Notes: generated from the sequence alone by a model not told the origin. Positions 1 through 11,700 are shown, counted from the stretch's first letter. The stretch is 64,000 nt of DNA from an uncultured Solirubrobacteraceae bacterium (GCA_963755475.1 CAVWJK010000003.1:1759386-1823385), one strand, 5' to 3'. Numbers and translations are program-made.

Positions 1-397
1 GTGGCGCTGCGCCGGCACGTACACCAGCGATCGTGGCAACGCGCGCAGCTGGATTCTCACGATCGTCCACAACCGGGCGATCGACAACAGTCGTCGCCGC
101 GCACGCACAGAACGCGGCGAGACGGTGCTCGACGGCCTGGAGGATCTGCTCGCCGGTCCGCTGCTCACCGAGGTGGAGGCCGAACGCCGCGAGCGCAAGC
201 ACGCGGTCCATGGGGCTCTACTGCGGCTGCCGGCCGCCCAGCGCGAGGCTCTGGTCCTGTGCCACTTTCGGGGACTGACCAACCACGAGACCGCAGAGGT
301 CGTGGGGCGCTCGATCGGCACTGTCAAGGGCAGGATCCGGCTCGGGCACGCAAGGCTGCGCCGCGAGCTGGTGGGGGTCGCCGGTGCGACCTCGTGA
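1..397 (+). CDS. ECF sigma-70 factor, SigK-like (5'-truncated by window edge)
   Basis: The frame is open from nt 2: WRCAGTYTSDRGNARSWILTIVHNRAID (region 2) ... LPAAQREALVLCHFRGLTNHETAEVVGRSIGTVKGRIRLG (region 4). Confidence 0.85.
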   Translation, partial: WRCAGTYTSDRGNARSWILTIVHNRAIDNSRRRARTERGETVLDGLEDLLAGPLLTEVEAERRERKHAVHGALLRLPAAQREALVLCHFRGLTNHETAEVVGRSIGTVKGRIRLGHARLRRELVGVAGATS

Positions 398-454
398 GAC
401 CGGTGGCGCGCACACGCCGGCTGGCACACAGCGATGACGCTCTGTCTATGTGGG

Positions 455-1108
455 CTACTGGGCCAGATGACGAGCGGCGAACGCTGCCGCCTCCGCGCGG
501 TTACGCACGTGCAGCTTCTCGAGGATGTGTCGCACGTGGGTCTTGACCGTAGTCTCAGAGACGAACAGGCGCTGCGCGATCTCGCGGTTGCGCATACCGT
601 CGGCCAACAGCGCGAGGACCTCTCGCTCGCGTGGGCTGAGCTCCAGCAACGGGTCGCCGGCCGAACGCACGCCGCCCACGAACTCGCGCAGCATCCGCCC
701 GGCCATGCGCTGGGCGATGTGGGGATCGCCGCGTCCCGCGTCCAGCACCGCTTCGATGAGCTCGGACGGGGGCATGTCCTTGAGCAGGTAGCCAGCGGCG
801 CCCATGCGCAGCGCCGCCCACACGTCCGGCTCATTCTCTGACACGGTGAGGATGAGCACCTCGATGTCAGGATGTCTGCCGCGGATCGTCGCGCAGGCCT
901 CGATCCCACCGAGCAACGGCATCTCCAAGTCGAGCAACACCACGTTCGGAGCACGGCTGTCCGCGAGCGCGAGCGCCTCCTTGCCGTTGGAGGCCATGCC
1001 CACGACCTCGATGCGCGGGTCGGCGCGCAGCAGCGCCGCGGTGCCCTCGCGCATCAGGCGGTGGTCGTCTGCGACGAGCACCCTGACCTGGCGATCTGCT
1101 TGGGCCAT
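455..1108 (-). CDS. NarL/LuxR-family response regulator
   Basis: Receiver domain (VLVADDH, LLDLEMP, GYLLK) plus LuxR HTH (LSPREREVL...TVKTHVRHILEKL). Confidence 0.93.
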   Translation of the reverse strand: MAQADRQVRVLVADDHRLMREGTAALLRADPRIEVVGMASNGKEALALADSRAPNVVLLDLEMPLLGGIEACATIRGRHPDIEVLILTVSENEPDVWAALRMGAAGYLLKDMPPSELIEAVLDAGRGDPHIAQRMAGRMLREFVGGVRSAGDPLLELSPREREVLALLADGMRNREIAQRLFVSETTVKTHVRHILEKLHVRNRAEAAAFAARHLAQ

Positions 1109-1135
1109 GGTCGGGCAGTATGCTGGCAGGCGACC

Positions 1136-2306
1136 ATGAGCGCGGGCCCGCACGGCTCCATCCCGCCCGACGGCCTGAGCGGGCGCCTGGCGCCCGACGT
1201 GGCGGCGGGGCTCGGCGCAATCGGGCGCGTGGCCGCCGCGCTGGTGTCGGCATCATCGCTTCAAGATCTCGCCGAACAGGGCCTTGCGGAGATGCGCGAC
1301 GCGCTGCACATGGAGGTCGCCACCCTGTACCTGCCCGATGAGCACGGGCGTCCGCTGTTGCATCGGCACGTCATCGCCGCGGGCGGCGGCTCGGAGCTCC
1401 AGGCCGCCCCCGAGGTGGTGTTCGACGAGGAGTCCTGGCGCCTTGCCGTGGCCGGCGGCGCGCCGCTCGTCTTCCACGAGGAGGGCAGTTGGCTCGTCGC
1501 CAACCCCTTCCAGCCGACAGCCACCTCCTGGCTGGTGCTGCCGCTGCACTCCAATCGGCGCATCGTGGGCGTGGTCCTCGCCGCCTCGCGCCTGCGGATC
1601 TCGCTCGAACCAACCGAGGCGGCCGTCCTGGCGCTGATCGGCGACCTGCTCACGGCCGGCATCACCACCGCTGGCCTGCGCCAGGTGCTCGAGCAGACCG
1701 AGCTCGAGCGCGAGCGCGCCCGCCCTGGCGGCGCTCGTACACGACGGGCTCGCACAGGATCTTGCGCTTGCCGCGCGCGAAATCACGCTGCTAGAAGGCG
1801 CCCCCGAGCCCGACGTCGCTCAGGCCGCTTTCGCGCGGCTGCGCGACGCGGTCTCCTCGGCGCACACCACTGTGCGCGAACGGCTCAAGGAGCTCGTCGC
1901 GCCGGTCCCGCTGGGCGGCCTGGGCGAGGCCATCCGCGAGGTCTGCGACCAGTTCGAAAGTCGTGGCATGACCTTGAGGCTGCGCGAGGACGCCGATCAC
2001 GTCCAGGTCACTCCCGAGTCCTATGCAGCGCTGATGCGCGTTCTCACCGAGGCGCTGACCAACGTCGAAAAGCACGCTGGAGCATGCGCCGTGAACGTGG
2101 AGCTGACAGTCGAGGACGAGCGGCTGACGCTCGTCATCAACGACGACGGGCAGGGCTTTCTGGTGGAGGAGGCCGCCGGTCCCGAGTCCGGCCATCTCGG
2201 GCTCATGCTGATGCGCGAGCGCGCGCAGCAGGGCGGCGGCACGCTGTGCTTGACCGCACAACCAGCCCGGGGTACTGTTGTCCACCTTCAACTACCCTGC
2301 CAGTAG
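1136..2306 (+). CDS. GAF-domain sensor histidine kinase (HisKA_3 type), frameshifted near 1720-1790
   Basis: N-terminal GAF-like region, then EALTNVEKHA, DDGQGF and GLMLMRERA HATPase boxes; divergent from the response regulator. Confidence 0.85.
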
Positions 2307-2900
2307 CCCATAGAGCTCACACTCTCCCCATCGATCGAGGACGGCGCCTGTCCCCATCCCTCGCCGTCCTTCTGCGCAGCGAGTCCTGAGCTCTTCCCCG
2401 TACTCGCCTCCTTTTACGCACTGGGCGCCAAGCGTCAGGGCTTTCTCGTTCACAGGACTGTTCAGGGCGACGGCGCCAAAGAGCGCGAGCGCCTTGCAGG
2501 CGCCGGCCTGGACGTCGACGGACTGGAAGCCCGTGAGCAAATGGCGATCGTGGAGTTCGACCCCGACGAGCCCCCCGAGAGCTCGCCACAGCCCTGGCAG
2601 GAGGCGCTCGAGCGATCGCTGTCAAAAGGCTTCACCGCCCTGTGGTATTCGCGCTTCGCCGTCGGGCCGAATGACGAGGAATACAACAACGTGCTCCCGT
2701 TCGAGCGTGCATGGACCGACTGCTTCGCCGGCCAACCGGTGGTCACGCTGTGTCCTTACATCGTCGGCACCCTCAGCGGCGCACAGACGCTCGAGCGCAT
2801 GAGTGAGGTATCAAGCCTGCACGAAGGCATGCTGTTGGCAGGCGATGACGGGCTGACCATGCTGCGCCCAACTGCGAGCCGTTCGCAGCTGACGCCCTGA
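2300..2900 (+). CDS. MEDS-like sensory domain protein (start uncertain, probable frameshift)
   Basis: The frame extends upstream of 2541 (ELFPVLASFYALGAKR...LAGAGLDVDGLEAREQ). The C-terminal FERAW...VVTLCPY...H pattern resembles MEDS. Confidence 0.55.
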
Positions 2901-2923
2901 TCCGTCAGCGCGCCGACCGCGTA
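2898..2923 (+). promoter_or_regulatory. Putative ECF promoter TGATCC-N16-CGTA upstream of the ferritin-like gene
   Basis: Motif read directly; the same geometry recurs at 15855-15880. Confidence 0.6.
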
Positions 2924-2995
2924 AACGGGGGCAACGGTTCGATCGGAAATCAGTCCTTCCGACGGGCGCAATCTGGAAATCACAAGGAGCAGCAG

Positions 2996-3692
2996 ATGAG
3001 CTATGAGATCAATCTCGCCGACGTCGACGTCGACGGCGCGATCCGTGAAGCGGCGCACGAGGTGTCAGGTGACACGCGCCTGAGCTTCCTGAAGAAGGCG
3101 GGCCTTGCCGACGGGCGCCACGATGAGCGGCGGCGCGATCCTCTCGGCGCTCGCGCCCAGCGCGTTCGCCGCCGGCGGCGGGCGTCCTCCCGCGTCGTTT
3201 GGCAAGGGCGACATCGGCATCCTCAACTACGCCCTCACGCTGGAGTACCTCGAGGCGGCCTTCTACAACGGCGCCACTGCGGCCAACCTGCCCCTGAGCT
3301 CGCAGGCCGCGGCGTTCCTGAAGGTCGTCACCAAGGACGAGAACGCGCACGTCGCGTTTCTCAAGTCGGCGCTCGGCTCCAAGGCCGCCGCCGAACCGAA
3401 GTTCAACTTCCAAGGCACCAACACCAATGCGGAAATGTTCATGAAGACCGCACAGGTGCTCGAGAACACTGGCGTGCACGCCTACTCCGGCCAGGCGCTC
3501 AACATCACCAGCCCCAAGTACGTCAAGGCCGCCCTGTCGATCCTCACCATCGAGGCACGTCACGCGAGCGTGATCGGGCTGCTCAACGAACCGGCCGGCG
3601 AAGACATCGCACCCAACGGCCCGTTCGACACGCCGCTGCCCGCCAGCGCGGTCCTGAGCGCGGTCAAGGGCACCGGTTTCATCGTCGGCTGA
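2996..3692 (+). CDS. Ferritin-like domain protein, one frameshift near 3108
   Basis: RBS AAGGAG; DIGILNYALTLEYLEAAFY, DENAHV, LENTGVHAY and IEARHA di-iron motifs. Confidence 0.85.
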
Positions 3693-3905
3693 GCCCCGCC
3701 GCCCCGCCGCCCGGCGGGCCATGCCCGTCGGGCGGCGATGTTTCTGTCATGGGTGAGTACCCGGGCCAGGTTTGGGGGTTGCCCGACAACGCAGCTTGAC
3801 TCGCCCTCGCGCCTGCCTATACGTTTGGCCAGCCGGCCAAGGATGGCTGGAACGGTCGGTCGCTGACGGCTTCCAGCGATCAGGGAATTACAGAGAGGGG
3901 ATTCA

Positions 3906-4866
3906 ATGCTGACGGTCAAAGCGACGCTTGTCGCCGTGCTCGCCGCTGTTGCGATGGCGGTAGTGGCACCGGCGACGGCAAGCGCCAAATACTCCGTTCC
4001 CTATGGCAGCAGCGCACTCGGGGATGCCATCTGGAACGAGACGTGGGAACCGGAATCGGTGGTGGGGGCAAACAACAACTGCAAGCCGAGCTCTGCGCAT
4101 CCGTACCCGGTGGTGCTCGTCCACGCCACGCTCGCCGACGAGGGATCCAACTGGGTGACGCTCGCACCGCTGCTGGCCAACGAAGGCTATTGCGTGTATG
4201 CCTTCAACTACGGCGCCACGCTGGCCTCGCTGGAAGTGTGGCCCTTCATCGGGCCTCGCATCGACGGCCTCGGCCACATCGAAAAGTCAGCAGAAGAACT
4301 GTCGTCGTTCGTCAACACTGTGCTGTCCAAGACCAAAGCGTCGAAGGTCGATCTGGTGGGCCACTCCCAGGGCGGCATGATGCCCAACTACTACATCAAG
4401 TACCTGGGCGGCGCCGCCAAGGTCAACGAGCTGATCGGGCTCGCCCCGAGCAACCACGGCACGACGCTCGACGGGCTCGACCAAGTTCGTCGAAGTGTTC
4501 CCATTCGCGTCAGAAATCGTGTCGGGCCTCCTCGAATTCCTGGGGGCTCCGTCGCTTCCCGAACAGGAGGAAAACTCGGCGTTCATCAAGAAGCTGTTCG
4601 GCTCCGGGGAACCGCTCGCGGCAAGCGTCCGTTACGTCGTGGTCGAGACCGAACACGACGAGGTCGTTACGCCCTACAGCCACGCGTTCCTGAGCGGCTC
4701 AAACGTGACCGACATCACCATCCAGAGCCAGTGCCCGAGCGACCCAGTCGCTCACATCGGCATGTTCGACGACTCGCCCTCGCTGCAGAACGTGATCAAC
4801 CAGCTCAGCGCGAGCCCCAACCCGTCGTTCAAAGCGACCTGCAGCAACTACGGACAGGGGATCTAG
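3906..4866 (+). CDS. Secreted class-2 lipase/esterase, frameshift near 4480
   Basis: Signal peptide, PVVLVHAT, nucleophile elbow GHSQGG, DEVVTPY, C-terminal His. Confidence 0.88.
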
Positions 4867-5020
4867 CCGGCGCACGACCACAGGCAGGCGCTGAAGGCCT
4901 GCACCTGATCGTCGGGCGCCGGGGACCACATCGGCGCCCACCGCTTGATCGCTGCGGGAGCTGAGCTGCCCTCGGTGCGGTCGTCAGGCTCGGCGCTCTT
5001 CGCGAGCGTCGCTCACGCCG

Positions 5021-5440
5021 CTACTGCGTGGGCGTAAGGACGATCACCGGGATCGTGCGGTCGGTCTTCTGCTCGTATTCGGCGAACTGCGGCATGCGCT
5101 CGGCCTGCGTGCGAAACAGGCGCTCGCGCTCCTCGCCGGTCGCCTCGCTGGCGACCACGTCGATCATGTCCGTCCCCACCTCAATCGTCACGGTGGGATG
5201 GGCCTTAAGGTTGTGGTACCAGTCGGGATTTGTCGGCGCGCCACCCTTGGACGCGAAGATCACATAGCGCCCGTCGTCGTCCTGGTAGGCGAGCGGGTTG
5301 ACGCGCGCCGTGCCAGACCTCGCCCCGGTGTGATGCAGCAAAAGCAGCGGCATCCGCTCGAACATGCCGCTGACGCGGCCTTCGTTGGCACGGAACTCGT
5401 CGATGATCTGAGCGTTGAAATCGGCTGGCGAAGTGGACAT
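5021..5440 (-). CDS. Deazaflavin (F420)-dependent nitroreductase family protein
   Basis: FNAQIIDEFRANEG, LLLHHTGARSG, ASKGGAPTNPDWYHNLKAHP, RTIPV; RBS AGGAGG. Confidence 0.92.
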   Translation of the reverse strand: MSTSPADFNAQIIDEFRANEGRVSGMFERMPLLLLHHTGARSGTARVNPLAYQDDDGRYVIFASKGGAPTNPDWYHNLKAHPTVTIEVGTDMIDVVASEATGEERERLFRTQAERMPQFAEYEQKTDRTIPVIVLTPTQ

Positions 5441-5532
5441 CGCGCTCCTCCTTTGACGTACTGCAGGTCGGATGCTTGGGGCCTGTTCGAGTCTAGGAGC
5501 GCTAGATGCACGTAGAGGCGCACCGCCCCCGG

Positions 5533-6408
5533 TCAAACTGTCGGGTGAGCCGCGTCGATCCGCGCGACGATTGCCTGGACGTCCGTCGCTGCCTGGTGGA
5601 CGTCGGCCGGAGCGAAGTCGAGCTGCTCGGCGAGTGATCGGTAGCCGTCTGGCCACGCGGGGGGGACTGTGATGCTCGGCGGCCAGGCGTGCTTGGCTCG
5701 CAGCCGAAAGATCTCCATGCAAGCCTCTCGCACACCGACGCGCTCCTCGTCGCGCACGAGCCGATCAACAAGGATCAGGTCGATCAGGTCACGGGTAGCG
5801 ATCGTTCGGGCGTTCCAGGGTCAGTGTGGTCGGTGCAGGCGTGCAGCTTCTGTGCGATGAGGTAGGCAATCGTGACGAGAGGCAGCTCGCCAGGGGAGCA
5901 CAGGCCAAGGTGCTCGGGGTCGACGAACGTGTTGGCCGTCCAGTGGATCTGATGGCCGGAGACGCCCTCGGCGGGTGAGACCTCGAACTGGACAGTGCTC
6001 CACGGGTCACCCTGGTAGCTGACCTTGACATCGCCGCGTAGAGCGGCGGTGTCACGAACCTGCTCGAGCGCGGTCAGCCTGAAGGTGAATCCCTCCCATC
6101 CGTGAGCCAGCGCTGCACGCAGTCGCGGGCCGATCTTCCTCGCCAGCCAGACGTGCGGTGGCATCGAGGTCCTTCGTCGCGCGCGCCCGGAGTCCGAGAA
6201 GCAACTCGACCGCCACCCCGCCCTTGATCAGGAACAGGGGCTCGTCGCGCCAATCACGCGCGTGGTGCATTAGTGCGGCGGCGAGTGCTACATAGCCGAG
6301 CTGTCGGCGTGCGCGCTGCTGAAGCTGCGTGTCCGCGATGACGTTGCGTAGGCGTTGCTCCAACGCCCGCCGATTCCTCGGGGGACTCTCGTACCGTCTA
6401 TCGCTCAC
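5533..6408 (-). CDS. AbiEii-like nucleotidyltransferase (type IV TA toxin), frameshifted
   Basis: LIKGGVAVEL...ARATKDLD, IAQKLHAC and DLIDLILV across three frames; overlaps the end of the AbiEi gene. Confidence 0.8.
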
Positions 6409-6972
6409 GAGTGGCTCCCGCGAGATTTGCAGCATGCGCGTCTCGCGCGCGGGCGGCGGCTTTGGGGGAGATAAGGCTCTGTTGCGTGGCGGTCTGGATG
6501 GCCTGTTCGATCAGCTCGCCGCGCACATTGGAATAGATGCCGTCGAGAATCGCTCTAAGCGGTGTCACGATCGGCAGTCCCCGCAGCCGTCCGATCTGCT
6601 CGCTTGCCAGTTCGCGATGATGCATCCGGTAGAGCTCCGGCACCGGTCGGTGGGTGCGATAGCGTCGCGGCACCGTCACGTCGATGCATGCTGGGTTGAT
6701 GTCGCACAGCTCATACAGGTCGAGTGCTGTCTCGTGTGAGAGGACGCCGACGCCCATCGGCCAGAGCGCAGCGCGCATGTACTCCTCGAGCTCATCCACA
6801 GGGATCGCGTTCATCCGGTAGACCCCATAGGCCACACGCTCGGCTACGCCGCGTCGCTCGTAGTCCACCAGGCGCTTCGGGTCAAAACCCGCCTCGCGCA
6901 CGTCTCCAACCCGCAGATACCCATGCTGGTCCTGCGCTAGATCGAGCAGCTCACTTAGACTCGCCCTGGCAT
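6398..6972 (-). CDS. AbiEi-family antitoxin (type IV TA)
   Basis: LAQDQHGY, ERVAYGVYR, VLSHETALDLY, VTPLRAILD. The probable ATG at 6972 needs a 1-nt frameshift near 6957. Confidence 0.82.
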
Positions 6973-6986
6973 AGGTCTGTACAGAG

Positions 6987-7003
6987 TACCGCAAAAAGCG
7001 GTA
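6987..7003. promoter_or_regulatory. Inverted repeat TACCGC-N5-GCGGTA, candidate AbiEi operator
   Basis: Perfect inverted repeat overlapping a minus-strand TACTCT -10-like box just upstream of abiEi. Confidence 0.5.
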
Positions 7004-7066
7004 TCTCGTACACCACACCCATGTATATCGGGCCAGGCGCGACCAGCGACATGTACCTTCTCGAAG

Positions 7067-8169
7067 ATGCCGGCCGGCGATGCGGGGAGGCGAGATGGAC
7101 CTGGGCCGCCCGGGGGTCGGGCTGCCAGACGCGCTCGCATCGTGCGGCGACGGCGCCTGCTTGCGCTAGCGGCGCTCGCCGCGCTCCTCGCGCTGATCGT
7201 CATGGGTCAGCCTGCCCGGCTCGTCCGGGCCAACCGCGCCATCGCGCTCGTCCGGCAAGCGCGCCGCAGGCGCATCGTCAGGCGCCCGCCCGGGCTCGCC
7301 TCGGCGCTTGGCGGTCAGACGCCTGCCCTTCTCGCTGCCGGTCGCGTTGCAGGACGCCGCCGCCGCGCCCCTCGGATCTGACCGGGCGGTCCTGCTGGGC
7401 GGCCTGGACAGCGCCGACACATCCACCGCGTCCGTCAGCGTGCTCGACGCGAGCGGCGTCACGGCCGGCCCGCAGCTGGCGGAAGCCCAGCACGACGCGC
7501 AGGGCGCGCTGCTCGGCGGGCGCGTGTACGTGTTCGGCGGCGGGCAGGTCAGCTCCTACAGTCACATCCTCTCCTACGACCCCGCGACCAACAGCGTCGC
7601 GCCGGCCGGCAGCCTGCCGACCGCAACTTCCGACGCCGCCGTCGCGGCGATCGCGGGCACGGCTTACGTGGTCGGCGGCTACGACGGGCAGCAGGCTCTC
7701 GAACACGATCGTCGCATGGCGCCCCGGCACACCGAGCCGAGTCGTCGCCCGCCTGCCCCACGGCCTGCGCTACGCCGCTGTCGCGGCCAGCGGCGGGCGG
7801 CTGGTGATCGCCGGCGGCTCACAGGGCGAAGCCGCGAGCAGCGCGATCCTGAGCTTCGACCCCGCGACCGGCCAGCTGCGACACATCGGTGAGCTGCCGG
7901 CTGCGATCACGCACGCCTCAGCGGTCGCGCTCGGCTCGTATGTGTATGTCCTGGGAGGCCGAGGCGCGGCGGCGCAATCGCAGACCGCTGCAATCGTCGC
8001 GATCGACGCGGCCAGCGGCCGCTGCGTGCGCGTCGGGCGCCTGCCGCAGCCGCTCTCCGACGCTGGCGCAATCACACTCGGCCAACGGATATGGCTGGCC
8101 GGCGGGCTGAGCATGGGCGGTCCCGTGGCCTCGGTGCTCGAATTGACGCCCGCTCAAGGTGCGCGCTGA
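7067..8169 (+). CDS. Membrane-anchored Kelch-repeat protein, frameshifted
   Basis: Polybasic stretch plus TM N-terminus; repeats VYVFGGG, AYVVGGY, LVIAGG, VYVLGG, IWLAGG. Confidence 0.8.
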
Positions 8170-9321
8170 GCGGCCGCGAACCGATGTGCGAGCGAGTACG
8201 GGGGCGCGAGGTCTACGCCGTCGGGGTTGCTCAAGAACCCTTCGCCCGCGCCCGGCACGTGGGTGTGACCGTATTGCCATACGACCCTGTTGGTGTGCGG
8301 GTCGACGACGATCACGCGGTCGTTCTTGTCGTCGTTGGCCAGGATGTCCCCGTTGGGCAGCGGCAACGCCAGCGATGGCTGATCCAGCGCCTCGGCGCCC
8401 GTCGGTTCATAGCGCCAGCGCAGCTGGCCGTCGGGCGTGAACGTCTCCAGCGCGCCCGGTTGGGTGTAGTCGGCCGACAGGAACAGCCCGGGACGGACCT
8501 CGTTGGTGTCAGACGGATACGTGAACCCCGGCGGGTGCGTCGCCGACACCGGCCTTGCGCCCGGGGCGACCACGTCCAGCCAATCGCCGTTGATCTCGGT
8601 GATGGCCGTATCGCCGTTGGCCATCGGGAACGCGCCGTTGGGGCTGCCGAACGACACGCCCGGTTCGGTGTTCGCAGTCGCCCGTCACCCCGAGCTGACG
8701 CAGCGGCACGTGCGCCGGCGGGCGGATCACCAGCACGCGGCAGTTCTTGATGTCCGCCGAGAGCAGCTCGCCCGAGGGCATCAGCATGGCGTCGTCGGGG
8801 TTGTGCACGTAGTCCGGTTCTGAGCCGGGCACCCCGGGGTGGCCGTAGCGGTAGACGATGCGGTCGCTCGCGCGGTCGATCACGCTGATCGCGAAGTCGT
8901 CCTCCTGGGTTACCACCACCTGCCGTCCGTCCGGTGAGAAGAACGCGTCGTCGGGCAGTAGGAACGTCTGCCCCGGGGCGAGATCTCCAGGCGTGGGAAA
9001 GCGCCACAGCACCCGTCCTTGCGGGCTGACCTCCAACAGGCGGTTGTTGTCGCGATCGGCGATCAACACGGGACCCGGCAGGACCGCCGGGTCCGATCCT
9101 GGTCGCAGGTTTGCGCTGGGCGCTTGTCGAGCGCGCAGCGCAAGCACCCCCGCGCGTGCGCGAGCGGCGCTGCCCGTCGGGCTGGACTTGCCGCCCTGGC
9201 CGGTGGCAATCGCCACTGCGGCGACCAACGCGATCGGCACCGCCAGCGCCACTGCCCGCCTGCGCATGATCGTCCGCCGACGCGCAGCGCTTCGCCGGGG
9301 GCCCATTGCGCAAAGCATCAT
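8154..9321 (-). CDS. Membrane-anchored beta-propeller protein (PQQ/NHL-like), frameshift near 8655
   Basis: Repeats IADRDNNRLLEV..GRVLWRF, ILANDDKNDRVIVVD..VVWQYG and LxxPDD/PDG. Confidence 0.7.
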
Positions 9322-9363
9322 CGCAACCTCTAAAGATCGACCAAGACGTCGATGAGAACATCC

Positions 9364-9684
9364 TCATGTGCTGGCGAGGGGCAGGTCGAGCGCAAACGCG
9401 ATCGCATCGAGCGCCGGCTCGTCCTGCACCTGCGATACAGAGATCGTCAGTCGCCGGGCGGCGGGCCTCCAATCCAGCGCGAAGAACGGACAGCACTCCC
9501 GCTCGGTCGCGATCGCCTCCTCGACAAGCGCGAAATCCACCCGATCGTCGAGCTCGACCACCAGACACCGCCGAGTGCGATCGACCAGGCGCCCACCACG
9601 CCCGACCTGCCGGTAGCGCTCGAGCTGCCGGCGCAGCCCGGCCTCGTCCAGGGCACAGCTCGGCGCCATCGGGAGCGGGTCCAT
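9364..9684 (-). CDS. Small Cys-containing hypothetical protein
   Basis: SCALD...ERECCPFFAL motif; possibly metal-binding. Confidence 0.6.
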   Translation of the reverse strand: MDPLPMAPSCALDEAGLRRQLERYRQVGRGGRLVDRTRRCLVVELDDRVDFALVEEAIATERECCPFFALDWRPAARRLTISVSQVQDEPALDAIAFALDLPLAST

Positions 9685-9766
9685 CTGGTCCCAGCGTAGG
9701 ACACCCCGGCCGCGCGTCGCATGCTCGCAGTGGCGGCCCACGCCGCAACGGCGCCGCGGCGGCTGC

Positions 9767-11359
9767 TCAGGCCGCGGTCAACTCCGCGCTCGGCTGTGCC
9801 AGCGCCTGGCCGTGGCGGATCAGGTCGGCGGCGCGCTCGGCCACGGCGATCGTGGGGGCGTTGGTGTTGCCGCGCGGGACCACCGGCATCACGGACGCAT
9901 CTACGACGCGCAGTCCCTCGAGGCCGTTGACGCGCAGCTCGGCGTCGACAACGGCTCGGGTGTCTGTGCCCATGCGGCAGGTGCCCACGGGGTGATACAC
10001 GGAGTAGGTCGTGCGGGCGATCAGATCGCGCAGCGCGTCGTCGCTGTCGTCCGTGGCGCCGATGCACGGCTGCGCACAGTACGGCGCCAGGGCCGGCTGC
10101 GCGCAGATCTCCAGCGTCAGGCGCATTCCCTCGATCATGCGCTGCATGTCGTCGCCGGCGGTGTAGAAGGCGTGGTGGACGATCGGCTTGGCGCTGGGGT
10201 CCTTGGACCCAAGGCGCACGTTGCCGCGGCTGTGCGGCGTGAGCAGGCACGGCGAGACCAGCACGCCGTGGGCTTCGGGGTCGGTCATGCCCTCGTCGAT
10301 CAGCTGCAACGGCACGAAGTGGAACTGAATGTCGGGCGCCTGAGCATCCGTTCCAACGCGGGCGAAGCCGCCGGACTCGGCGAAGTTGGAGGCGAACGGA
10401 CCGGTCTGCGTGGCTTCGTACTCCTGCAGTGCGGCCGGCTCCAACGACAGCAGCAGGCTCTGCTCCTCGGGCGTCGTCCACACGGCGTACGCGCCCGCGT
10501 GGTCGGACAGGTTCTCCCCCACGGCGGGCTGGTCGAGCAGCACCTCGATTTCGCGCATCGTCAGGTGCTCGGCCGGGCCGACCCCCGAGAGCATCAACAG
10601 CTGGGGCGAGTTGTAGGCGCCACCGCACAGGATCACTTCGCGCTCGGCGCGCAGCTGCTGGGGCTGACCGAGCTGGCTGGCCTCCACGCCGACCGCGCGC
10701 GTGCCCTCAAACAGCACGCGCTGGACGAGCATGTAGGGCATCACTGTCAGGTTCGCCCGCTCGCTCACCGGGTGCAGGTAGGCCACCGCGCAGCTGGCGC
10801 GCATGCCGCCGCGCATCGTCACCTGGTAGAGACCCACCCCGTCCTGCTCGTCGCCGTTGAAGTCCTCGTTGCGGGCGAGCCCCGCCTGCACCCCGGCCTC
10901 GACGAATGCACTCGCCATAACGTTGCGCGAGCGTCCCTCGCTGACCGGCAGCGGGCCGCCCGCTCCGTGCCAGCGCGAGGCGCCGCGCTCGTTGTCCTCG
11001 GCCTTCAGGAAGTAGGGCATCAGGTCGGCAGCCGACCAGCCCGGCACGCCCCATTCGTCGTAGTCGCGGCGGTTGCCGCGGATGTAGACCATCGCGTTGA
11101 TCGAGGATGAGCCGCCCAGCACCCTGCCGCGCGGCAGCGGGATGCGCCTGCTGTTGCATTGCGGCTCGGGCGCCGTGTAGTAGTCCCAGTCGATCTCCGT
11201 GCGCGGAAGCTGCAGATAGCCGAGCGGCACGTGGATGTTCTGATTCGTGTCCGGCGGCCCCGCCTCGAGCAGCAGCACACTCACGTCGGGGTCCTCGCTG
11301 AGACGGTTGGCGAGCACGCATCCCGCCGAGCCTGCGCCCACGATCACGTAGTCATACAT
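9767..11359 (-). CDS. GMC-family oxidoreductase (choline dehydrogenase-like)
   Basis: YDYVIVGAGSAG, GRVLGGSSSINAM, YHPVGTCRMG, GNTNAPTI. Confidence 0.95.
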   Translation of the reverse strand: MYDYVIVGAGSAGCVLANRLSEDPDVSVLLLEAGPPDTNQNIHVPLGYLQLPRTEIDWDYYTAPEPQCNSRRIPLPRGRVLGGSSSINAMVYIRGNRRDYDEWGVPGWSAADLMPYFLKAEDNERGASRWHGAGGPLPVSEGRSRNVMASAFVEAGVQAGLARNEDFNGDEQDGVGLYQVTMRGGMRASCAVAYLHPVSERANLTVMPYMLVQRVLFEGTRAVGVEASQLGQPQQLRAEREVILCGGAYNSPQLLMLSGVGPAEHLTMREIEVLLDQPAVGENLSDHAGAYAVWTTPEEQSLLLSLEPAALQEYEATQTGPFASNFAESGGFARVGTDAQAPDIQFHFVPLQLIDEGMTDPEAHGVLVSPCLLTPHSRGNVRLGSKDPSAKPIVHHAFYTAGDDMQRMIEGMRLTLEICAQPALAPYCAQPCIGATDDSDDALRDLIARTTYSVYHPVGTCRMGTDTRAVVDAELRVNGLEGLRVVDASVMPVVPRGNTNAPTIAVAERAADLIRHGQALAQPSAELTAA

Positions 11360-11444
11360 CTGTTCTCTCCCCTCGTCGTTGAGGCCACGATACTCCTCGA
11401 ACTGAACAACGGCTTCATCTGAGCGCGGTGTCGAGCGAGGCCAC

Positions 11445-11625
11445 CTATATTGCGGGATTCAGATGCAGGCTGACATCGCCGCGCAGGCCGTCGCCGGCCG
11501 CGTATCGCGTGGCCCGTCCCCTTCCTTTCTGGATGATCAAGCCGGCGTCGACCAGGCGTCTGAGATCGCTGCTCGCGGTCGGCGCGGACACGTCATACTC
11601 AAATAGCGCATTCGTGTAGGACGCC
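11445..11625 (-). pseudogene. C-terminal wHTH remnant (Fic/DeoR-type)
   Basis: YTNALF..VSAPTASSDLRRLVDAGLIIQKGRGRATRY, with no credible N-terminal part. Confidence 0.5.
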
Positions 11626-11700
11626 TGCGTATGCTGGCGGTCGCGTCGGGGGGCGCGTCCGGTCGCAGGAACTGCTACGCGCAACCAGAGAAAGGGTCCG

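Noticed and set aside
9812-11110. Long antisense and alternate-frame ORFs, here and throughout
   Set aside because: These are shadow ORFs expected at high GC; they overlap well-supported genes and lack motifs.
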